64,000 nt of DNA from Promethearchaeati archaeon SRVP18_Atabeyarchaeia-1. Lineage in GTDB: Archaea > Asgardarchaeota > Atabeyarchaeia > Atabeyarchaeales > Atabeyarchaeaceae. Within the stretch, counting starts at the first letter, position 1. Each line of letters opens with the position of its first letter. Location: assembly GCA_037308085.1 (NCBI GenBank), contig CP147779.1, forward strand, positions 2,368,001-2,432,000, given 5' to 3'. Positions 10,568-20,785 of this stretch are shown one piece after another. The position numbers were made by a program, and so were the translations under genes. Below the pieces are notes generated by a model. The model saw only the letters and a program-made list of their open reading frames with translations, was not told the origin of the DNA and did no database searches.

Positions 10568-11281
10568 ATGTCGAACAGCAGGAATAATGGAAGCTCTGGA
10601 GTCCTATACAGGTTTCACCACTTTGGGATCGATGTTTTACTCCTCGTCGTTCTCATAGTTGTCATAGGTTTCTTTTTTGTCGGTATCATTGGTGGCGCTT
10701 TCACCGCGATTGGATTCAGCCCCTACACGGCAATGTTCATACTTGTGGGTTCACTGCTCGGATCATGGATCAACATTCCGATAGCCAAGATCGCCACCAA
10801 GAAACAAGTCAGTGAGCCGCAGTACGTTGAGTTCTTCGGCATAGTTTTCAGGGTTCCCGGGATTGCCCAAGTGAGGAGCCCAACTATCATAGCGATCAAT
10901 CTCGGCGGCGCAGTTATACCTATTGTCATCTCCGCCTATCTCTTCCTGAAGGTTCCTCAAATACTTCCCATGGCAGCGATCTCGATTGCCATAGTCTCAA
11001 TCGTAATGTTTTTTGTTGCGCGCCCGATCAAGGGAGTAGGGATTGCGGCGCCTGCCCTTGTGGCTCCCTTGGTGGCGGCCACGAGTGCGCTCCTGTTGGC
11101 GCCGATGATGAATGCTTCTTATGTAGCGTACGTCAGTGGCGTGCTTGGAACACTCATCGGGGCTGACCTTGGGCACCTCAAGGACATCTCCAAGAGTGGG
11201 CCGAAGATAGCTGCAATCGGAGGAGCTGGGACATTTGACGGGATCTTTCTCTCTGGGATCATTGCCGCGATCCTAGCTTGA
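10568..11281 (+). CDS. DUF1614 family membrane protein
   Basis: GSWINIP, AINLGGAVIP, GTLIGADL, IGGAGTFDGIFL. Confidence 0.85.
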   Translation: MSNSRNNGSSGVLYRFHHFGIDVLLLVVLIVVIGFFFVGIIGGAFTAIGFSPYTAMFILVGSLLGSWINIPIAKIATKKQVSEPQYVEFFGIVFRVPGIAQVRSPTIIAINLGGAVIPIVISAYLFLKVPQILPMAAISIAIVSIVMFFVARPIKGVGIAAPALVAPLVAATSALLLAPMMNASYVAYVSGVLGTLIGADLGHLKDISKSGPKIAAIGGAGTFDGIFLSGIIAAILA

Positions 11282-11391
11282 CGTCGGAGCAGAGATGAAG
11301 ACTTGGCTGTGGACGCGACCCGCGCAAACCTATTATACGCGCACTACGAATAGACTAAGCATCAGAATATGTGTGAGTGGAGTTCAAGATT

Positions 11392-11541
11392 ATGCCTTTG
11401 GAAACGAATGATATCTTGATTGGCGTTGTGATGATCGTCTTCGGCATACTATTCTTCCTCCTGCCCAACTTGCTGCAGTACTTGATTGGGATAGGGTTCA
11501 TAATCATTGGGTTACTGAAGTTCTTACCAAGTAGCAAGTGA
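11392..11541 (+). CDS. 49-aa two-helix membrane microprotein (DUF3096-like)
   Basis: Hand translation MPLETNDILIGVVMIVFGILFFLLPNLLQYLIGIGFIIIGLLKFLPSSK*; below ORF-track cutoff. Confidence 0.7.
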   Translation: MPLETNDILIGVVMIVFGILFFLLPNLLQYLIGIGFIIIGLLKFLPSSK

Positions 11542-12078
11542 TGGCACGCGTCCCCTTGCGGGATGCCGACGCAGTCTTCCCACTTCTTTTTCATTTTCGC
11601 TTCATTTCTGGATAACAGTATATTAACCACTTGCAGAATAGCACCAGATGCAGCCTAGGGGCCCAATTGGGAGTATTTCCTGCAAGGTTCTAAGATGCCA
11701 AAGGTTCGCTGTATGATCTGGACCATCTACACCGTGGATGAAAGGTTCCGAGTTATATAGCCATGGATAGACGTTCGCAGCTCTGGGGATTAATCAGCCC
11801 TAATCTCCTCGCGAGTTGATTGATGCCCTCGTCAGGCCTCCCATGCCCCGCAGGCGGTGATTCTCTGAGTAGAGTGCGTGCCCATCACCTGGCTGCCATG
11901 ACTCAGAACAAGAACTAAGCAGAAATAGAGCGCAGATTGATGAGGGCACGATCGCAATATCCTACCTTCTTTGAAGATTTCTTGCGTTTTTTCCGTTTTT
12001 GCGTCCGGAGGATTTATGAATCATGGGAGCACTATTCTTGCGGGGTCCAATCGTGTCTGTGGAGGCGAAATCGACTAA

Positions 12079-13074
12079 TTGAATAACGGGAAACCCAAGA
12101 TACGGCTGCTATCAATTCTCTTGATCCTTCTGATCGCGTATGGGGCTACAGGCAGCTTCCAGACAGTCGCGGCTTGGTCCGATGGTGGCCAAAGCATCGA
12201 CTCGAACCACATTCAATATGGGACACACGACTGGATCGCAGAACATGCATTACACTTGCTGCCATCAAATGAATCTGGATGGTTGACGAGTAACAGGAAC
12301 ATTTTTCTCTTAGGAACAGAGGCACCGGAATACGGCAACGTGTCATTCAAGGGAAGAAACGGCTACGGGGACATAGAAAACCATCACAACTACTATTCAG
12401 GCCGGTTTCCCAGAGATTGCTTCGATGATTCAGCAGCTGTCCGTGCAGAGCAGGAATTTCAGAAAGCCCTTCTGTGTCTAAGGAACAGCTCATATGACTT
12501 GGCAGCATGGTATGCTGGTGCAATGACCCACTACATATCGGACGTGGGGTCTTGGCCACATGTAATCAGCAACGCGACGCCAAGCCACGCGAGCAAGTAC
12601 GAGGAACAGCTGAACTTGATTACTGATGACTACAGCAAGAACCCGGAATTTCTACTTTCCTGGGCATGGATGCTAAATTCATTTAACACTACTCTTTCGG
12701 TTTCGGTTGAGACAGCATATTCCGTCTCTCTAATGCAAGGGTTAGAAGTCTACTGCGATGGCGGCGGATATCACCCGTGTGGTCCACATCCGGCCGCAAC
12801 GATGGACGCTCAGTTCCAGGACAGTTGGTCAAGCGTAGATGATTGGCCTCTAATCTATCAGGCAAGGGTTGGATACTCAATGACAGATACAATTATGAGT
12901 GTGGCATACGCGCTTCACTCCTTGACGGTTGAAGCAGAGCTCACGGGAGCTTCAGGCGGGTCTACGCCTTCTCAGCTTCCCACTCTGACCTTTGCGATCG
13001 TCTTCATAGCCGTGTTTGGGGTTATGGCGGTAGTGGCAGCTTTTGCTTACAGCGAGCGTAGAAGGCCTAGGTGA
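12079..13074 (+). CDS. Secreted, membrane-anchored zinc-dependent phospholipase C / S1-P1-like protein
   Basis: Signal peptide then W-S, GTHDWIAEHA, HHNY, THYISD...H, H..YE; C-terminal TM. Confidence 0.75.
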   Translation: MNNGKPKIRLLSILLILLIAYGATGSFQTVAAWSDGGQSIDSNHIQYGTHDWIAEHALHLLPSNESGWLTSNRNIFLLGTEAPEYGNVSFKGRNGYGDIENHHNYYSGRFPRDCFDDSAAVRAEQEFQKALLCLRNSSYDLAAWYAGAMTHYISDVGSWPHVISNATPSHASKYEEQLNLITDDYSKNPEFLLSWAWMLNSFNTTLSVSVETAYSVSLMQGLEVYCDGGGYHPCGPHPAATMDAQFQDSWSSVDDWPLIYQARVGYSMTDTIMSVAYALHSLTVEAELTGASGGSTPSQLPTLTFAIVFIAVFGVMAVVAAFAYSERRRPR

Positions 13075-13139
13075 CGGAACGGCCGCAGTTGCTCCTGCGA
13101 CAGCCACCACCGCTGTTTGGTGGATACCCAGACAGCAGA

Positions 13140-14174
13140 CTAGAACGGGGTAATGGCCACTTTGTTGGCCTCACCGGTCTCCATGAGCTTGAGAGCGTCA
13201 ACGACGTTCTTCAGAGGCATCTGATGAGTTATTATGGCGTTTGTGTTTATCGCTCCGCAGGCGAGAAGCTTGAAGGCCTTCTCAACGTATAATGGTGTGT
13301 GGTGGAAGACGCCCTTGATCGTTAGTTCTTCGTAGTGGAATCTTCTCGTGTCTATGCTGAAGGTTGTCCCGGCTGGTGCGCCTCCGAAGAGTACGCAGGT
13401 TCCTGCTTTCCGCGTCATCTCAATTGCAGCTTCCCAGGTTTTCGGCTGTCCTACCGCTTCTATTACGACGTCGGCGCCTCTACCCTCTGTGAGCTCCTTG
13501 ACTTTGGCAATCTGATCCTCTTTCTCTGCATTGATAATGAAGTCTGCTCCCAGCACTTTTGCTGATTCAAGGCGCTTCGCAGAGAGATCCGATACGATAG
13601 CCCTGCACGTGCCGCTTCGCTTCACAAGCTGAAGCATTAGCAGACCAATTGGTCCCGAGCCTATTATCGTCACAGTGTCGCCCAGGTTTATACCAGCAAC
13701 TGACGCTCCATGCACAACACACGCTAGGGGTTCAAGTAAAGCCGCATCTCTGTAAGAGAGGCTGGCAGGGATCTCGTATGTGTTCTGCCGGACGATGTGT
13801 TCTGGTACCCGGATGTACTCGGCATATGCGCCACTGATTATGTTCTCATTTAGGTGTTCACAGATGTTCTGTCGACCTCTCTTGCAGTAGAAGCATGTGT
13901 TGCACGGGGCGGAGTTGGCTGCGACTACGCGCATCCCCTTCCTGAAAACCTTCACGTTGGAGCCAACTTTCTCAACTGTTCCGGCGAACTCATGGCCCAA
14001 GACCATTGGAAGTTTCTGAACTACGACGGGATGACCTCTCTTGAAAGTCTTAAGGTCTGTGCCACAGGTAAGCGCTACCTGAACCTTCACAAGAATATCT
14101 CCGTTGCCTATCTCAGGTATCTCTGTTTCCTCATACTTCATGATGTTTGGGCCGTAGTACATTGCTGCCTTCAT
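13140..14174 (-). CDS. Zn-dependent alcohol/sugar-alcohol dehydrogenase (MDR)
   Basis: CGTD, GHE, CNTCFYC...C, GSGPIG. Confidence 0.9.
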   Translation of the reverse strand: MKAAMYYGPNIMKYEETEIPEIGNGDILVKVQVALTCGTDLKTFKRGHPVVVQKLPMVLGHEFAGTVEKVGSNVKVFRKGMRVVAANSAPCNTCFYCKRGRQNICEHLNENIISGAYAEYIRVPEHIVRQNTYEIPASLSYRDAALLEPLACVVHGASVAGINLGDTVTIIGSGPIGLLMLQLVKRSGTCRAIVSDLSAKRLESAKVLGADFIINAEKEDQIAKVKELTEGRGADVVIEAVGQPKTWEAAIEMTRKAGTCVLFGGAPAGTTFSIDTRRFHYEELTIKGVFHHTPLYVEKAFKLLACGAINTNAIITHQMPLKNVVDALKLMETGEANKVAITPF

Positions 14175-14699
14175 CTTGCCTCTCGAACTCAAACTTCTCA
14201 CCCACCTCACATAATCGATGAAAGAATCTGACAGATCAATCAGAAACCGGTAAATAACCAACTGAATTTGGACAGTTCATGCGTCCCCTAAGTATATTGT
14301 GGGATCCCTTTTATATTCTGTCCGTTGTTCACCGCTAAGTCAAGCATAGCTACGATTTTGAAGCTGTAATATGGGAGCATGCCCTTGTCCACTCGAAACT
14401 CGATGTAAGCTCGAGGTTATGCGAGCACGACAGTCAAAGCGAGGAACTACTATCCCATAACCAAATGCTGAATGTCGAACTGCATGAGGATTGAACCAGA
14501 AACAGGAGCTTATAGAAGCTGGTGCGACAGGAACCATTCGCCCGCAACCCTCAACTATTTAAAGACGATTAATTTGTACTAGTGACTCGTAGACTCTCAG
14601 CCCTATCGCCTGAGAGGAATACTAGGAAACCCAGAAGTAGTGGTCTATCCACTTATATCGGAAGGTTTCCACGAGGGAAAAAAGAGGTGAACAAGAACA

Positions 14700-15506
14700 A
14701 TGACCAGATTAGCTGGAAAAGTCGCCATAATAACCGGAGCATCAAGAGGAATTGGACAGGCTACGGCTGAACTCTTCGCCAAGGAAGGAGCAGACGTGGT
14801 TGTAGCGGACGTAGCTGATGGAACTGAGACTGTGAACAAAGTCAAGGCTGCTGGAAGAAAAGCGCTTTATGTCAAATGTGATGTCTCGAAAGCTGATGAT
14901 GTCAATAAGATGGTCGAGGCAGCGATAAAGGAATTCAAGAAAGTTGACATCCTAGTCAACAACGCAGGAATACTACGCGACAAGATAATGTGGAACATGA
15001 CGGAACAAGACTGGGATCTCGTTCTAAATGTCAATCTTAAAGGCTGCTGGAACTGCATGAGGGCGGTTGTGCCAGCTTGGCGTGCTAAAGCAAAAGAGGA
15101 CAAGACCTTCAAGGCAAAGATAATCAGTGTGAGTTCAACTTCAGGGACGCATGGAAACTTCGGACAGACAAACTATTCAGCAGCAAAGGCTGGGATCGTA
15201 GGACTGACCAAGACGGTTGCCAAAGAACTTGCAGCAAGCAACGTCTACGCAAACTGTGTAGCACTTGGATTCATTGAGACGGACATGACGAAAGAGACTA
15301 TGCTCTCTATTGGAGCAAAAACCCCTGAACAAGGTTTCCAGATGCAGAAACAGGCAGAGATTGGAATGGGGCGGAACGGAATAATCGCAAACCAGTACCC
15401 GGCAAAGCCGATCGAAGCTGCGAAGCTCATTCTATTCTTGGCTTCCGATGACTCAGATCTCGTAAACGGACAATGCATTGAAGGTACCGCAGGCTGGAAG
15501 ATGTAG
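14700..15506 (+). CDS. fabG: SDR oxidoreductase, 3-oxoacyl-reductase-like
   Basis: TGASRGIG, NNAG, YSAAK. Confidence 0.85.
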   Translation: MTRLAGKVAIITGASRGIGQATAELFAKEGADVVVADVADGTETVNKVKAAGRKALYVKCDVSKADDVNKMVEAAIKEFKKVDILVNNAGILRDKIMWNMTEQDWDLVLNVNLKGCWNCMRAVVPAWRAKAKEDKTFKAKIISVSSTSGTHGNFGQTNYSAAKAGIVGLTKTVAKELAASNVYANCVALGFIETDMTKETMLSIGAKTPEQGFQMQKQAEIGMGRNGIIANQYPAKPIEAAKLILFLASDDSDLVNGQCIEGTAGWKM

Positions 15507-15732
15507 GTAACGAAAGCGGAATGGCAGAGCGAATCTCTGAGGTTCCCCTTAGAGATTTAGCTGTTCCCAACTTTCTTCCTTTTTCAGATGATCCTCGACC
15601 TCTAATTAGTACCTTTTCTGGCGGAGAAGGCTGCGTTTTTTCTACATGGAAGAGCTGGATCCACCTGACAGCGAAATCGATTTATGTATGATCCGATGAT
15701 CATATAGTCAAAAGTCACGAGATGGTTATAAA

Positions 15733-15837
15733 ATGTCAAAGAAAGCAAAACCAGCACACAGGAAACCAGCCAAGAAGACTGCTGCAAAGCCAAAGAAGAA
15801 GGAAGGATGGTTCAGCAGACACCTCAAGGAGAAATAG
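15733..15837 (+). CDS. 34-aa Lys/Ala/Pro-rich basic microprotein (linker histone-like composition)
   Basis: MSKKAKPAHRKPAKKTAAKPKKKEGWFSRHLKEK*; TTTATGTA about 50 nt upstream. Confidence 0.6.
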   Translation: MSKKAKPAHRKPAKKTAAKPKKKEGWFSRHLKEK

Positions 15838-16318
15838 GATTAATGAATCGCACCAATACTAGCTATTATCTCTGAGGCGAAAGAGGCTGGCAACTGGTCT
15901 GATTTGGTTAGATTAGAACCGAGAAGGGGACTGTTGCGGTTTCTTCCAACGACTGGATTTCAAGGTTTCCAGATGCCTAACAAGAGATGGGCATGGGAAA
16001 GAACTCGGTTACCCATGGAGAAATGGGGAGTGTTTGGGGGACGTAAAATGTCCTCCAAGATCACTGGTAAGCTCAATTTTTCCCTTTTTTTAATCCTTTA
16101 TGTCGTCTCTTCAGAGCTCACAATATGCTCTCATGACGCGAGATCGTTCCTCAGAGCACTGGTGAGTCATCTCTGTTTTCAAGTACCGTTTTTGGACTGC
16201 GTCTCCGGTTGAGACCCAGGCAAGCCCTAACGCAGATCATTTTTCGGAAGGTAAAAATAGGAGTTGCTCCAAAATGATAGCCTATCCAGCGACCGTATGG
16301 TGGAGGAGGACAAGCTAG

Positions 16319-18004
16319 TTGTCAAAACAGAGTGTCTACGACAAGAAACCTTGGTTGAAATCCTATAGTGAAGGAATCCCAGCGCATATTGAGTACCCGG
16401 AGGTTCAAATGTTCGAGATTATCGAGAAGGGCGCCAGGGAAATACCAGACCAACCTGCAATATACTTCTTTGGAAAGAAAATAACGTATAGGGAACTCAA
16501 GAATTTAACGGAGAGACTCGCTACCGCTTTCGCAGATCTTGGTGTTAAGAAGGGGGATGTTGTGGCCCTGCATCTGCCCAACTACCCGCAGTTCATAATA
16601 GGCTACTTTGCGGCGTTAAGAATTGGAGCGCTCGTTACGTCTCTTAGTTTGCTGGCAACGGCTCCTGAGGCGAGATACCAGCTATCAGATACTGGTGCAG
16701 AGACGATAGTCCTAGACGAGAGATATATGCCCATATTTCAACAAATAAGGGCTGAAACCAAGATCAAAAGGGTAATCCTCACATCACTCCAAGACTTTCT
16801 TCCAGGAAGACCGCCTGTCCACAAGGAGATCCCTGGTGCGCACTGGCTCTTGGATCTCCTCAACAAATACCAGCCTAACCCACCAAAAGTGAAAATCAAT
16901 CCAAAGGAAGATCCAGCAGTTCTGCAATATACGGGCGGAACAACCGGTGTGCCGAAAGGTGCCATACTGACCCACTACAACTTGTACTCGAACGCAGTCC
17001 AGACAATGACTTGGTATAAGATTCTCATCTACGGAAAGGAAATTAACATGGCTAACTTGCCGCTCTTTCACCTTTTTGGCCAGGAATTGGCTATGAATAT
17101 GGGATTGTATAGTGGCAGTATGATCGTCCTAAACCCCGATCCTCGAGACATAGCTTCTCTGTTGAACCTAATCAAGACAACCAAGCCTACCATAATGGCA
17201 GGGGTCCCCACACTCTTCATGAAGATCGTGGACCACCCTGACGTTACAAGCAAGAAAGTGGATTTTGGTTGTTTCAAGGTTTGCGGTAGTGGTGCTGCAC
17301 CCTGTCCACCGGAGTTGATCAAGAAGTTCGGGAGCATAACCAAAGCTTCACTCATTGAGGGCTATGGTATGACAGAAACCTCACCCGTTGTCACCCTGAC
17401 TCCGATGAGCAAGGACGCCAAGATCAAGATTGGCAGTGTAGGTCTACCAGTCCCAGACACGGAAGTCAGACTCGTTGATATTGATACTGGCACGAAGGAG
17501 GTCCCCTTGGGAGAACCTGGGGAGATCGTGGTTCGCGGACCTCAGGTATTCAAGGGATACTGGAACAAGCCTGAGGAGACGAAGAACCAACTGAAGAACG
17601 GGTGGCTCTACACTGGCGACATCGCGAAGATGGATGAAGACGGATACTTCTACATCGTTGACAGAAAGAAGGAAATGGTCATCGTGTCTGGCTACAAGGT
17701 TTATCCGCGTGAAGTCGACGACGTGTTGTATGAGCACCCGGCTGTTCAAATGGCAGCGACAGTTGGTATTCCAGATCCTGAGAAGCCTGGAAGCGAGAAG
17801 GTCAAAGCATTCATAGTACTGAAACCAGGCTACTCGCCAAGCGAGGAGCTCAAGGAAGAGATCATCCGACATGCGCGCAAATCCCTTGCGCCTTACAAGG
17901 TTCCCAAGTTCATAGAGTTCAGAAATGAAGTTCCCACTTCACTCGTCGGAAAGGTGCTGAAAAGACCACTTAAAGAGGAAGAGCAGAGGAAGATCAAGAA
18001 GTGA
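16319..18004 (+). CDS. fadD: Long-chain fatty acid-CoA ligase
   Basis: YTGGTTGVPKG, GYGMTE, TGD, GKVLK. Confidence 0.93.
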   Translation: MSKQSVYDKKPWLKSYSEGIPAHIEYPEVQMFEIIEKGAREIPDQPAIYFFGKKITYRELKNLTERLATAFADLGVKKGDVVALHLPNYPQFIIGYFAALRIGALVTSLSLLATAPEARYQLSDTGAETIVLDERYMPIFQQIRAETKIKRVILTSLQDFLPGRPPVHKEIPGAHWLLDLLNKYQPNPPKVKINPKEDPAVLQYTGGTTGVPKGAILTHYNLYSNAVQTMTWYKILIYGKEINMANLPLFHLFGQELAMNMGLYSGSMIVLNPDPRDIASLLNLIKTTKPTIMAGVPTLFMKIVDHPDVTSKKVDFGCFKVCGSGAAPCPPELIKKFGSITKASLIEGYGMTETSPVVTLTPMSKDAKIKIGSVGLPVPDTEVRLVDIDTGTKEVPLGEPGEIVVRGPQVFKGYWNKPEETKNQLKNGWLYTGDIAKMDEDGYFYIVDRKKEMVIVSGYKVYPREVDDVLYEHPAVQMAATVGIPDPEKPGSEKVKAFIVLKPGYSPSEELKEEIIRHARKSLAPYKVPKFIEFRNEVPTSLVGKVLKRPLKEEEQRKIKK

Positions 18005-18049
18005 GGGGCACAGCCTCAATGTGGGATCCCCTTTCCACTTCATCTACCG

Positions 18050-18061
18050 CCCTTTTTTTCT
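18050..18061 (+). terminator. Oligo-T terminator candidate
   Basis: CCTTTTTTTCT downstream of fadD between convergent genes. Confidence 0.45.
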
Positions 18062-18076
18062 GGCAAGAGGCGAACT

Positions 18077-18598
18077 TCATTTCGTCTCGGGTTCAAAGGT
18101 AATCTCTTTGGATGAGACTTGAACAATTCCCCCTTGTCTCACTGTTGAGAGGACTACGAAGGTTGTCGTTTTCTCTACAGATGGACGCAGTCTGATCTTC
18201 TCAATTATCTTTTCGAGTCCAGTTGGGCTCTCGCATATCACCCTAATAACGTAATCGAACTCCCCTGTCACAGAGTATATCTCGACTGCCTCTGCGACTT
18301 CGGACAACTCCCTGGCTACATCCTGTTGGCCTCTCTTCGTATTCACCATGATGAAAGCTGCGACCTGTTTGCCGAGTCTTGCGAGATCTAGATTCACGGT
18401 AAAGCTCTTTATAACTCCCGAGTCGGCCAGCTTCCGTATTCTGTTGCGAACAGTTGTCTCCGACAAGCTGAGTCTCTTGGCTATCTCTGCAGCAGGAGTT
18501 CTTGAGTCGCGTTGCAAGAAGGATATTATTATTCTGTCAGTTTCATCTACTGATGACTCTCTGCCAAGTTCATCAGTAGCTTCGACGTCGGTAACCAT
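18077..18598 (-). CDS. Lrp/AsnC transcriptional regulator
   Basis: DETDRIII..LQRDSR HTH, VTGEFDY RAM domain; divergent from ilvE. Confidence 0.9.
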   Translation of the reverse strand: MVTDVEATDELGRESSVDETDRIIISFLQRDSRTPAAEIAKRLSLSETTVRNRIRKLADSGVIKSFTVNLDLARLGKQVAAFIMVNTKRGQQDVARELSEVAEAVEIYSVTGEFDYVIRVICESPTGLEKIIEKIRLRPSVEKTTTFVVLSTVRQGGIVQVSSKEITFEPETK

Positions 18599-18807
18599 TC
18601 CGAGTCTCCTCCCTTACTAAACAAAACTTGGAAAAGTGGACGGCAACTTGGTTTTGATGAGAAGCTGACGAATTTGGTTACTGATTCGACAGCTAATCTT
18701 CACTTCGTGTTGTCCTTTTCCAACTCTCGATTACGTATTAGTTGGATGCACGTCTATAAAAGCTTATATCAGTGGGGCTGTTAGCCTTCGTTTAGGGTGT
18801 GCGGAGG

Positions 18808-19725
18808 ATGTCTTCGAAAGAGTACAGCGTGTATGTGAACGGCAAGTTCTATCGAAAGAGCGAAGCCAAGGTCTCAGTATACGATCATGGACTTCTCTAT
18901 GGTGATGGCATCTTCGAAGGAATAAGATCCTACGATGGCGTTGTCTTCCAGCTGGCTGAGCATATCTGCAGGTTGTACCGTTCAGCTAGGGCGATAAAGC
19001 TCGCAATCCCCATCACGATGGAGGAAATGACGAAGGTCGTTGTCGATACACTGAAAGTCAACAAACTAGGGAGTGCGTACATCCGCCTAATTGTCACGAG
19101 AGGCGCCGGAGATCTCGGTGTAGATCCCAAGAAGTGCACGAGCCCGACGATCATATGTATCGCCGAGTCTATTGAAGGAACCTATGGAAAAGAGGCGCGG
19201 GAAAAAGGGATTCGCGTGGGATTCGTCTCGACAAGGAGGGACGTCGTGGACTCGACTACCCACGAAGTCAAGTCACTCAACTACTTGAATAGTATCCTCG
19301 CCAAGATAGATGCAAATGAAGCGGGCTATGACGACGCCATAATGCTCGACCATAGGGGTTACGTGAGCGAGACACCAACAGCAAATGTATTCATGGTCGA
19401 AGGAGCCGACACGGTGGTCACACCGACCACGGCTGCGGGTATTCTCGACGGCATAACCAGAAGAAGAGTGATGAAGATGGCGAAGCATCTCGGATTCAAC
19501 ATGGTCGAAAGGGACATCACGCCTTACGAGTTCATGAGCGCCGACGAGATCTTCTTGACTGGCACAAAGGCTGAGATGGTCCCGGTGGTCAGTGTAAGCG
19601 GAAGGATGATTGGCGACGGCAAAGTTGGCAAGATTACGAAGCGCTTCCTAGACGAATTTGCGAGAATAAGAGAGGATCCCTCAGAAGGAATCTCTATCGA
19701 TTCTTACAGATCAGAGGGGAAGTAG
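18808..19725 (+). CDS. ilvE: Branched-chain amino acid aminotransferase
   Basis: DHGLLYGDGIFEGIR, KSLNY, GILDGITR, TGT. Confidence 0.93.
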   Translation: MSSKEYSVYVNGKFYRKSEAKVSVYDHGLLYGDGIFEGIRSYDGVVFQLAEHICRLYRSARAIKLAIPITMEEMTKVVVDTLKVNKLGSAYIRLIVTRGAGDLGVDPKKCTSPTIICIAESIEGTYGKEAREKGIRVGFVSTRRDVVDSTTHEVKSLNYLNSILAKIDANEAGYDDAIMLDHRGYVSETPTANVFMVEGADTVVTPTTAAGILDGITRRRVMKMAKHLGFNMVERDITPYEFMSADEIFLTGTKAEMVPVVSVSGRMIGDGKVGKITKRFLDEFARIREDPSEGISIDSYRSEGK

Positions 19726-19901
19726 GCAGCCTATCTTCTTTTGGCCGCTAGGTCGCATCGAACAGCCGTACAAGACTCTTTCTCGGCAGACTCTGAAAGA
19801 GCTGCATGGAGAATTGATGCCCAAGTATTTGCGCTTGTAGGTGAGAACAACTAGACAAGCTGCTTCTGTGGAAGGCTTTGGCTCTCCTCTTTCGATTGCA
19901 A

Positions 19902-20627
19902 CTAAGGTGTGCCATAGGTCCTGATCTGGTTTTGCGACGCTTGAGCATTGATCTCCAAGGGAGCTTTGAGCTGTTTTGAGTAGACCAGTACATCATCTTC
20001 AAAGACGACCGAGCTGACTTTTCCGGTGTTGGCTGGTTTTACTTCAAACGTTGCTTCCTTCATGTCCTTATCCTTGTCTACCATTTCGTAGTGACCAAAT
20101 CTTCTTTCGATTTGCTCCCGCGAGGCGAATCTTAGTAGGCCAGTGTCTACGCGTTCATACGGAGATCCTTCGTACAACTCGTATGCAACTTTGAACTCAC
20201 TTGGTATGATGTACAAAGTGTATTTCCATGCATCCTTGTTGCCCTTTATGACAAGTGTGTCATCCTTGATCTCGGCGCTGTCGACGTAGATCACTCTTAC
20301 TTCTTCTGCATCTATCTCTACGATCGCTTTTGCCAAGACGGATCTGAAACGAGTGCGGTGCTCCCATGCCTCGGTTTCCTTCTTCGACGGCATCTTTGTG
20401 AATTCCAGGTGTACATGATTACTTATGTTGGTGCCTTTTCCGCCCTTTTCTCCGATGAATCCATTGAATATATGCTGATTTATGACATCCCTTATGTCGG
20501 GAGTCAGGTTTTCGAACCTAGTATCGTCCCGGTTTTTCCAGTCGATACTTATCCAAGACTCTTTTGGCGCCTTCTTTGCCAATCCAGATAACCCTCCGAT
20601 TACTCTGTCGTAATGTTTGTATTTCAC
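19902..20627 (-). CDS. Hypothetical protein
   Basis: 241-aa ORF with protein-like composition; no family recognised. Confidence 0.6.
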   Translation of the reverse strand: MKYKHYDRVIGGLSGLAKKAPKESWISIDWKNRDDTRFENLTPDIRDVINQHIFNGFIGEKGGKGTNISNHVHLEFTKMPSKKETEAWEHRTRFRSVLAKAIVEIDAEEVRVIYVDSAEIKDDTLVIKGNKDAWKYTLYIIPSEFKVAYELYEGSPYERVDTGLLRFASREQIERRFGHYEMVDKDKDMKEATFEVKPANTGKVSSVVFEDDVLVYSKQLKAPLEINAQASQNQIRTYGTP

Positions 20628-20785
20628 TCACAGGCGAAGCGCTGGCTTCGCACTAGAATAACCTACTACCTAATAATACTCCTTTTGGGCTTTATCAAGT
20701 ATTTCTAGCTCCCTAGCCTTCAGAAAGTGAATTGATGGGGATTTGGATGAGTTCTCATAATATCTGTGCAAGGTATTATGCTTGC

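Noticed and set aside
15904-16212. 102-aa ORF upstream of fadD and other short antisense ORFs in the track
   Set aside because: Atypical composition or shadows of real genes on the opposite strand
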